Positions 54,101-64,000 of a stretch of 64,000 nt of DNA are shown one piece after another. The position numbers and the translations under genes were made by a program. This DNA comes from Camelus ferus (taxonomy: Eukaryota). The notes beneath the pieces are model-generated. The model was given only the letters and a program-made list of their open reading frames with translations. It was not told the DNA's origin and did no database searches. The first letter of the stretch is position 1, and the number at the start of each line of letters is the position of its first letter. The DNA lies in the NCBI RefSeq assembly GCF_009834535.1, contig NC_045707.1, positions 58,902,001-58,966,000 of the forward strand, read 5' to 3'.

Positions 54101-54839
54101 GAACCAAAAAACTTACTCTCTCGCTCACTCACTATGTTCTTCTAAATAATTAGATTTTCTTTCAGCTTCAGGGATACCGTGCTCACTCTTTCCTTTTCCT
54201 TTATTTACTAGGAATCTCATGCCAGATTTGTGACTCCTTTAACATGGTCGTAGAGTTTAATGTTTTGACTAAGTTTAATTTTTCCTTCACTTAATAATTG
54301 ATTTCTATTCTATGCCAGTGTTCGTATTTCTACAACCTTTATGAAATCAAGTGTGGCAAACAAGTAAAAGCAGCAGAGTCTTTCTGTTTCACCCTCTCAT
54401 TTTCCCTGTCCCCATATCCTTGTTATTTAGACCTTGCAGTAACCTCCACACTGCAGTATCTCTTTCAGTACATTTTCTTTGTATTATCCTCCGTGACACT
54501 AATCCTGTTATCCTATTTTTTTTAACTTACCACTCCGATATTTAATATCTCTGTTTACCATTTTATTGCTACAGAATATAATCACTGTCTTCAAGGAGTG
54601 TCTAAATTAACTTTTTAAATTGATTTTCAACCAACAGTATACTTCATAGAAAAATATGAAAAAATACAACAAAACAAAAAAGGATATATATGTTTATCAA
54701 CCTAGAACCGAAACATTGCAAGGAAGGAGAAAATAGTATTTTTACGAATATTGATTATTATTTTATAATACGATTATTAAATGATAAAAGGCTCATCAAG
54801 ACATTTCTTACCTGCTATGTGTAGTAGCTAATACTAGAC

Positions 54840-55210
54840 TTGTTCCTTTCTGTAAACAAATATAAAACTGAGCAGAATATAAGAGAAAACCACTCACAGA
54901 CACAGGCAGTACGTAACTCTGATTCTCAGGACAAGGGAGACACACCAGGTCAATTGCACTTTTGCTCTTTCTTTGTGCCTGTGGTCTCTTTCTAGACTAT
55001 GCTATAAAGAAGAGGGGTACAAGTAGAGCACGGAAGTCTTGCTAAGCTGAGGGGCCAGCCGTCAGAGATGCTGCTCAAGTAGCTGGAATTTACTGATTAG
55101 ACACCAAATACGGGAAAGCTGCACAGAGAGATGGGCACAGAACTCTGTACAGAGATTCCCCAAATGTCCTTGGCTGAGCGCTGTAAATCCTACATACAGA
55201 AAGTGAAAAT

Positions 55211-55253
<43 letters not shown>

Positions 55254-56580
55254 ACAAGTTAAATTTAATTATCATGTAGTAATTGATCTGCCTGACTAAA
55301 TAAAATATGATACCCTTTAAGGAAGACAACATTCAGATTAACTATGGCATGAACCACAATATCCAGAATTTTAAAGAAGCAAGAAAATATGGCACAAAGT
55401 AATAGCAGAGCAGGTAACAGAAACATCTTCAAGACGACCTAGATGTTGAAATCAGCAGGCAAAGATTTTAATGTAAGTATTATATATATCCAAGGACTAG
55501 AATAAAAGATAGATATAATGAGAAAACAGATAGCAAATCTCAGCAGAGGAATGAGAAATATAAACAAGAATCAAATGAAAATTCTAGTATTGAAAATTGA
55601 TATCTAAAAAATTGAAGAAGCAGATTGGAGACTAAATAATAAAGTTTGAAGACATATTAATAAAAACAATTCAATCACAAGACCAGGGAAAAGAAATATT
55701 AAAAAAAACAAAACAGGAATATAGCCTCAGTGCTTATAGAACAATGACAGGTGGTCTATCATTACAGAGTCCAATAAAGAGAAAGATGTTTGAGAGTCCA
55801 ATAAAGAGAATGGAGATAGAGTACATTTTTCTTAAGACAGAAAAAAAAAAGTATTTTGGGGAGAGGTGGAGAATGAGAAGTAATTGTGTAATGGGATTAA
55901 AGTTTTCTTTTGGAGTGATGAAAATATTCTGGAACTATAGTGGTGATGGTTGTGCCAACATTGTTAATGTACTAAATGTAATTTATGGTAAATTTTATGT
56001 TATGTGAATGTTATCAGAGCTAAAATAAAAAGACTGCCAATATCAAAAGTTGCCATGGGTGAAACAAGAGAACACTCATATATTGCAGGTGAAAGGGTAA
56101 AAGAGTATAACCAATTTAGAAAACACTTCAGCATCAATTTTTTGGTAATATTTGAGATAGCCAAAACTTGGAAACAACTCAAATATCTTTTATCAAGATG
56201 ATGGATAAAAATTAGTTCATTCGTAAAATAGAACACTATTCAAAAGCAAGAAAAAAATCTGAGCCACTGATAATGCAACAACATATATGCATCTCAAAAA
56301 CAATATTTGAGTGAGAGAAACTAGGTACATAACTATACATATTGTATGATTTCTTTCATATGAATTTCAAAAATAGGCATTATTATCTATGGTGGTAAAA
56401 ATTAGAATATGAGGAGAGGAATTTACTTGTAAGGGAGCACAAGCAAACCTGCTGGGATGATGGTAATATTCTATACTTTGACTGGGATGTTTGTCATACA
56501 GTTCTATATACATTAGTCAAAATGCATAGTACTCAACTTTTAAGGCTTCTACTTCGCACATACACTAATTTTGCCACAAT
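54840..56580 (+). mobile_element. Cluster of old L1 pieces: 5'/ORF1 remnant (about 54840-55800, with (AC)n at 55213-55251), L1MB-like 3' end (about 55850-56000), L1ME-like 3' end (about 56010-56580)
   Basis: 'agatgttgaaatcagcaggcaaagatttt', 'gtgatgaaaatattctggaacta..gtggtgatggttg', 'ccaaaacttggaaacaactcaaat'. Confidence 0.75.
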
Positions 56581-57199
56581 GAAAACAAATGAGTATGTCG
56601 AGTATGATCAGTTTTGTCTGTAAAAATGTCTTTATAAACATCACTGTATGCATTAAAAAGATGAAGGATTTAGCACCAGTTAACAGTTTTCTATAGTAGT
56701 AGATATATGCAAGACTTTGATTTTCTATGTTCCAAATTTCATGTTTCTGTTTTAAAGAATACTGTTTTGAGTAGAAAGTAAGTTATCGATTAAAATATTA
56801 AATCTACTTGTACTAAACAATGCTGAGTGGTGTGGAAAAGATAAAGATGGATTACAGGAAAAAAATTTTAAGGTAAAAATTTTAAGAATAATGTACAGAA
56901 ATACTGCTGAAGTGAAAAGTTTTAGTTATTTTAGATATCCATTATCAGTCTGATAGATCAAGCTTTTAAAATCAGATATATAAACTAAATTACAACCCGT
57001 CTAATAGTCACACAGCTAAGAGACGAATTCACTTCCAATTAAAGGAATTACCATGCAATTACTATGCATTAGTTTTTCTCTTGAGGTGAAGGGACCCTAG
57101 AATGCATAAATATCAGAATTTAAAACTCCTAAGGAGGCTTCCTTTGTCCTTCATTGTTAATTCCATTATCCCTCTTTCTCCAGTATTCCCAAGTATCTT

Positions 57200-57750
57200 C
57201 ACTTCTAAGGGCTATGTCCTGTTTGTTTTTAAGCTTCTTAGTTTGTGGTAATTTGTTACAGCAGTAATAGAAAATGAATACAAGTAACATCAATAATAGG
57301 AAGTCACATAGATAATATATATACATTGATCCTATACTTGACATTTTGTAATGAGAATGGTACTTTATCTCTGTGTTCGCACTCTCAAGACACAGTATCC
57401 TAGTCTAATCGTGAGAAAGACATTGAACAAACTCCAACTGAGGCACGTTATATAAAATCCCTGACCAGCAATCATTAAAACTGACAAGGTCATCAAAAGC
57501 AAAGCAAGTCTGAGGAAATGTTGCAGCCAAGAGTTTAGGGAGACATGACCTTGTATGTAATGCAGTATATTATCCAGAATGAAATCCTGGCACAGGAAAA
57601 AGGACCTATGGTAAAATAGAGCGGGAGAGATGCTTAACTGAGATCAGTCAACCCCAGAACTATGAGAGAGAATATGTATTTTTTAATGTTGTTTTCAATG
57701 CCACCAAATTCAGAGAGGTTTGTTTTGCAGCAATAGATAAAGGGAACAAT
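57200..57750 (+). mobile_element. MLT1 LTR ends flanking an L1MC/MD 3' fragment
   Basis: 'tttgtggtaatttgttacagcagtaatagaaaatgaataca'; 'aaaactgacaaggtcatcaaaagcaa'; 'ccagaactatgagag...gcagcaatagataa'. Confidence 0.7.
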
Positions 57751-58044
57751 CTTGGAAACTAACAAACCTCCTTTGCACCCCTTCCCCTCTCCCTCACTAA
57801 GCTTTTCTTTGCAAAGGTCTCCAGTCTACAAGAACGGCTCTTTACAAGGAGAATCCTCCCACTCTCAAGATCCCGAATCCTCTCCTTCTGCACAATCTCC
57901 TGATTTTTCTATGTTGAGGTGATTATTCTATAAACTAACGAAAACCACGTCTACTGTTTGAGTAAGAAATTGTACTTTTTTACTAAATGTTCTGTTTTGA
58001 ACTTTAAATAAAAACCATCACCTTCTTATACATACAAAAATAGT

Positions 58045-58290
58045 ACTAGTAAAAGCAAAGTACATTTAGTGAGTGCTTATTTTGTGCCATGTTTAAATCT
58101 TAACATAATGCACATAATGACATTCAGCCTTACAGCTCTATGATGAACCTGCTACACTGATCATCTTATGGATGATGAAACCAAGATTTATGGAGATTAA
58201 GTAACTGATTCTAGAGTTGCACAGCCGGCAGGCACAGCAGGAACTTTATAAGTAGCCGATTTGACTTTACAATCTGTGCATCTAATGAAT
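58045..58290 (-). mobile_element. MIR
   Basis: 'catttagtgagtgcttattttgtgcca...gatgatgaaaccaagatt..ggagattaagtaact'. Confidence 0.7.
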
Positions 58291-58389
58291 ACAACATACC
58301 TCCTGCCAACAAACAAGCCAGCTGAACCACCTGGACTATGGAAACACTGAAAAAAACTAACCCCAAAGTCTTTGGGGATCTCGGAGATC

Positions 58390-59200
58390 AAGTCATCCTG
58401 CAGTAACAGTCACATACCTCGATACCACTTCCATGCCTCCTTTCTTGACACCTATCTTCTCTTGTAACCTCATCCCCATATATTGTGTGCATCTTCTCCC
58501 TACTCCATTTTTCTCACGGTTCCCTTCCCTTCTAACTCTTTCCTCTGGCCTCTGGAGTGGCCCCTTCATGGTCAACAAACTTTCCTTCACACTCATCTAT
58601 TTCACAGTTTTCTTAATTCCACTATCTTTTCTTGGCTGTTAATTATCCCCCATATTGTTGGCCCCATTCACCTTAGTTTCTCCCATCACCAATCAGCATC
58701 GTGTTGGTGGCAATGACAAGAGTGGTGTCAGCATCACTTAGCTCCTGTTCCCCGTTGTCAACTTATACCTTGATGTTAAGAGCCTTTCTCTTTTAAGATT
58801 TGTGATATCCATTGATATGTATCAATATAACCTTACTGTCTTTTCTTAATACTGATATTAACCATCCTGGTCAAATCTATAGCCACTGAAGGTGGCGGTG
58901 AGCTGATCCAGAGTGTGTCTCTCCATCTCTAGCCTCTAGCCTTGGAATTTCTTGATCTCCTTAACTCAATAGCCAGCAACATTTTTTTTTTAACTGAAGT
59001 CACCCATAACCATGATGAAATATTGGAAACTGCTAATTTTTCTCAAAAATATTGCCTTCAAATTGTAAACTTTCCTATTCCATTTTCTTAATACTTTTTT
59101 GGTGACTCCAACTATATTCTTGTAACACCATCTATGACCTTGTTTCTTTTTGATCCTTTATAACTCCCTGGAAAAACAAAACAAACAACAATAGTCTAAT
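58390..59200 (+). mobile_element. Decayed L2 internal (ORF2) fragment
   Basis: C/T-rich sense strand; 'ttcttgatctcctta...cacccataaccatg' is L2-like. Confidence 0.45.
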
Positions 59201-62019
59201 CCTGAATAATTCTAACATTCTATTTTCTTCATTTTTGTTGGAATTCTTATACAGTTGAGAGAAAGTGACTTAATTGTGTCATCTTTTGCCACTATAAATA
59301 TACAGTCCCTCCAAAATTCTTGGAAATCTCTCCATATGACAGAGTTTGGCTCCCTTTCCCATTCCTCGAGGCTAATTATACTTAAATACAAACTAAGTTC
59401 TCAAAGACCTTCCGAAGTGCTCCTAAAAAGATGCTCACAAAATTTGATATAACCTGTCACCCCTATTATACAAATGAGGTAATCAGTAAACATCTGCAAG
59501 AATGATTGTCTACTTTCTTCCTCATAGATAACTATTTAGACTTTTTTTTCCCACGTACTTCATATGAATTTCAACATTTAGTCATCGCAAGAATCTATCA
59601 AGATGTATATCATCACATTTTCTCATGCGGGAAAAAGGGTTAGAGACAATAGCTCAGGTCACAAAGAGGATGAGAATTAGAGTTCACACCTGAACCCAGT
59701 TCTAACTAAACTGATGCCCTGGCCCATCACAGTCTTGGCAAGTCCCAAACACACCATCCGGTGCTTGTTCCTACTGGTCATGCCAATACAAATGCAGGGC
59801 TGCCTGCGCTCACTGCAACTTAAAGAGAATTTGCAGGCCTGGGGGAAACCATTCTGACATTTTCAAATTTTAGCAAAGTTTCAGACTTCCTATTTTGTTT
59901 CTATGCACTTAGAAAGTTCTCCTCTGTTTGTCTGAGAGTTGCACCACTGGATCGAAAGAGCAGAGGCTAGAAGTTGGCAACAGCCCCGGGGAGGCACGTA
60001 TCTCCAAAACAAATCTGACAGGAGAATGACTTTTTGAGCTGAGCAGAAGCTAGCTGTGGAATACTTGCCTTCCAGTCCCTCCTGTCCCTTCTATTTTCAG
60101 TGTCCTGACGGTTCAGCCTGGATTATGTAAACCTCAGCAGTTTAAAGGGATAGGCCAGCGGCATTCACAGGGTCCCTCAACAAACCAGATGCCACAAGTA
60201 CATGCATACTTCCCTTAAAATAAATTATTTTATTAAATTTTATGAGCCATTTCTGAGGTGATGGGCAGAAATCACAGCATTATTGGGAAAAGATTATATA
60301 TTGATGTAATAAGTATATTGGTATAAGTATACATACATATTTTCATAAATGCTGGAGGACATTAGAAAATGTTTAATGTCTGCACTGCACATAGACCCTG
60401 AGTTTTCTTTGTACTAGTAACCAAAAACTTGAAGTGTATGCTTGCTTGAGATATATTTGTTTTTGTTAACGTTATGTAAGTGCAGCAAAAACAAAAAGAA
60501 ATAACCAATGGTTCCAGAGGATCAAAATCCAGTTTTAGAGGCAACTGCCTTCTTGGGTTTTTCCCCCTAACATTATTTTTGGCACTTTTTCTTTTTACAT
60601 ACTTGCTGAATGCATTAAATCATGCTTTATTTTTTTCCACATAAACTTAATATTTTCAAAGTTCGCATAGCCAGTAAATCTCATTTCTTATACATCCAGC
60701 ATATCCCTTGACTGGCATTTGGCATTCTCATATGACACTAGTTATTTTTTATTATCTTTCATTATATTCATTTAAACACATCAGTTAGTATCTGTTCATC
60801 TTCGTAAATTCCAATCTTCTAGATGACTTGCTTAATTTAAAGAGAATTTAACATTTTAACTCTATACATTTTCAAGTTTAAGCATGAAGCAAAAAAGCAT
60901 TCTTGTTCTTACTATAAATTTTTAAAATTAGTTTTCCAAATTGATACTGGCAGGTCTTCTGTCATTTACAACACTGATTCTCAAACTTGGGTTGCACCAG
61001 AAAGGCACTACAAATGTAGGTGTTATTTTCCTTCTTGAGATTGACAGAGGAGGAGCCTGGAGCATGTACGTTAAACAGCCTTCACAGGTGATTCTGTGGC
61101 ACGTGAAATCTGAGATCCAGTGCCTCTGTCAGACTTTTTTTAGAAGTAACTCTCTTCTCAACACATTTCAGTTTATTACGTGTCACTTTCATTATACATT
61201 TTAGCAAGTGAGCGAGAACCTTAAATTCTATGATAGCTTTTGGAAAACTTTTGCCGAAGAATGAAACTTTTAATGTGAGCCTGTCTAGTCCATGGGGATG
61301 GTTAGTCACTCAACAGTAACACACAGAAGGAAAATGACTGACAAAATTAATAGGGAAAGTTTTTATTAAAATTATTACTGTACTGTCTAAATTGATGACA
61401 ACATGTAATTTTCTTCTTTGCAGCCCTCACTATAATTTGCTTCATTTAGTTCACTGAGAGGAAAGTTATATTTTTCTGTGATCACTGTAGCAACATCAAA
61501 AGAAGGTGCTTTCATGGGTTAAGCATTTTATAATGCCAGCCAAAAGGCACATCCCTAATAAGAAACCAAAAGGTTAATTTCAATTATGATCATACTTTGC
61601 TTGTGACCACTTGAGTGATCCTGCTCAGATCATACAGAATATGCAAAACACACTCCTCCTACACATGTCAACCTGTTACAGAACAAACCAGCTCTTTAAA
61701 TGTTCCAGTCCTTAAAAATAGATATTTCTAAAGATCAGCCTTGGAACTCAGAATTCACAGTCCCAACTTTCTTGTAAAAAAAAAAGAAAAGAAAAGAAAA
61801 TTAATAGGATAAATCTCACTGTATTTACTTTTCCTTGAGTCCTTGGTATCTCTCCTTGACATTGTTATGATCTCAAGAATCCATTTCTCTGTTCCTAAAC
61901 TCTTGGATTTCTTCAAGGATAAGGGCAATGTATCCCCTATTAAGAGAAAGTTGCTTTTTGAGGCCACATGATTCTCAAGGAGTGAAATACATCTTTCACC
62001 TCTAAATCTAACTACATCA

Positions 62020-62540
62020 TTTTCCAACTTTGAAACCCAAGTGCTATCCTCACAGTATAAAATTAAAATTCCACAACATGGCTTAAGCCTCTGTCCAATC
62101 TTGATTCTTTCTCTTTCTCCAGCCTCATCTCCTACTACTCCTGCCTCCTCCCTGAAAATTCAGGGCCAAACTACTGGTAGCTCCCTGCACGTTGTTTTCT
62201 TTTCTCATTGTCCATCCTCTCTTCGTAGTAGACATCCCCTCTTCTTACATTCTTCTTGCCTGGTTCTGGAGGCTACCTACCTTCTGAAACGTTCAGTCTC
62301 ACAGCTCAGAAAAGGCAGGTAGCAAGAATCCTCCTTGACCATCAGGCTAGGATAGATGACATTCCCTATAGTTCCAGAATACTTTGTGCATATTTTGTCA
62401 GAGTGCATTTTTTAAAAATTGTGTTTATTTCCCATTAGACTGACCTATTAGAGAAAAGCAAATATGTCTAATTCATCTTGAACATTTCTAGAAATAGTCT
62501 CAGAGCTGCCCCTCAATAAATGTTCAATAAGGGAATGAAT
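62020..62540 (+). mobile_element. L2 3' region
   Basis: 'tctccagcctcatctcctactactc...cccattagactg...ctcaataaatgtt...gaatgaat'. Confidence 0.75.
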
Positions 62541-63189
62541 AGACATTTCTACCCCTAAATGGGATATAGATAGCATATGAGGTGCCAATGAGTATTTGCT
62601 GAATTCAGTGTATAACTGGATTAATGAAGTACCGCAATCATCAGGCTAGAATTCCCTACTGCAGGCAGCTGTCTGATACCAAGTCAAAGAACTGCATATT
62701 TTTCTTGCTCTGAAATTTTGTCCCAGGGTAGTAATATTTTCCTTTACTTACTTTATAAGTATTTTAATATGTTGAAGATATGTAACTATTTGTTGACTGA
62801 ATGTTTTCCCCATTCGTCTATGAGGGCCATGACATTATTGATTTTATATCCTGGGGGTGGAACTTTCACGTGTTAAGCATTTTAAGTATCTTGGTTCAAA
62901 AGAGACACATAGTAACTACTTGTTGAATAAGAAAATGAACAAACGGATGAATAGATTCCACTGTTCAGGATTTCTTATTTTGTTATTTCAAGTGGGGATA
63001 ACAGCCAATAATCAGGACCAGATCAAGATGGCAAACATTAAAAATGTCTTGAATTTTGGAAGGAAGTTCAAAAGTCACAATCAGCACTTTTGCTATTTGA
63101 ACAAAGGACCTCTCACCTGACAGGGCAAGAAATACATATGCGTAGATACACAGATTGGATACGCACATCTATAAATACTTCTAAATGCC

Positions 63190-64000
63190 AATATCGGTAT
63201 GACATTAAGCACGATGTGAGTTGATACTGATGTCTCTGCTCTAATCCACAACCGCATGGGTTACTCTAGCCTTTCTCCCATATTTTCACGTAACCTGCAC
63301 TCCAAAAGTTAGAAAACCGATTCCCACCATCCCCTTCCACTCGCTTAACTTCAGTTCCAATACATAGTGGTTTCAGAATTGATAACCCATACTCCTGCGG
63401 GAACCAACTTTATCAACTAGAGTTGAGTGTTCATGCAAAGTTCCTTTTGCCTTTAGTCTTACAGATGCCACTCCACTTGCAAAGTTACCTGCTTAGGTCA
63501 GCACCTTATTCCCCAACTGTTTCATATTTTCTAGTGTTAGGGTTTTTTTTTTCTTTTTGGTCTCATCCCATATTCATCTTGAGATCCCTTAACTTCAATA
63601 AACCTTTTAAACATTTGCATACGTAAGAGTTCACCGTTACATAGTAAAGTTACGCGGACACTGGCAAGTACACAATGTCATCTATTTGCCAACAGTACCA
63701 TGTGGAGTAATTTTACTGCCCTTAAAAGTCTCCTGTGCATTACTTATTTATTCCTTCCTCATCCTCCAAGCTTCTAACAATTGGTCTGGTCACTGCATCT
63801 ATAGTCTTGCCTTTGCAGAACTTCACTTAAATGAAATAAAAAAATTTGTTGCCTTTTCAGACTGGCCTCCTTCACTTAGCAATATACATTTAAGATTCAC
63901 CCATATCTTTCTGTGTGCTTGAGAGCTCATTCTCTTTTATTGCCAAATAATACTCCATTACAGGGATATACTACATGTAGTTTACCCATTGTTGCAGGAC
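63190..64000 (-). mobile_element. L1MC-like 3' end
   Basis: 'ccttttcagactggcctccttcacttagcaatatacatttaagattc...gagctcattctcttttattgc'. Confidence 0.85.

Noticed and set aside
55766..55810. 18-bp direct repeat with a 9-nt spacer (similar short repeat at about 11091-11126) as CRISPR-like
   Set aside because: Only two units in mammalian DNA; ordinary slippage duplication

Overview
AT-rich, repeat-dense mammalian genomic DNA, not prokaryotic: no operons, rRNA/tRNA, CRISPR or recognisable intact CDS. Most ORFs in the track are decayed LINE-1 pieces or chance ORFs. The L1 3' ends ('...cctactgtatagcacagg(g)aa...') are of cetartiodactyl type and I see no ruminant, whale or pig SINEs, so a camelid is my inference. 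The window is a mosaic of L1 (the younger copies all on +), L2, MIR, MaLR/ERVL/ERV1 LTRs, hAT/Tc-mariner fossils and microsatellites. It is probably intronic or intergenic. The main observation is at 938-4417: a TSD-flanked retrotransposed chimera. An intronless ZP3-family (zona pellucida) fragment covering the exon 1 end, exon 2 and exon 3 stops at the ZP3 exon-3 boundary and is fused to the 5' end of an L1. This looks like a spliced 5' transduction. The peptide resembles the avian-type ZP3 more than canonical eutherian ZP3, so it may be a fossil of a lost paralogue. Several small templated rearrangements are also visible: a 131-bp self-copy, a fold-back inversion, an exact 43-bp duplication and a snap-back repeat. 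Repeat subfamily names are from memory of consensus sequences and repeat boundaries are approximate.
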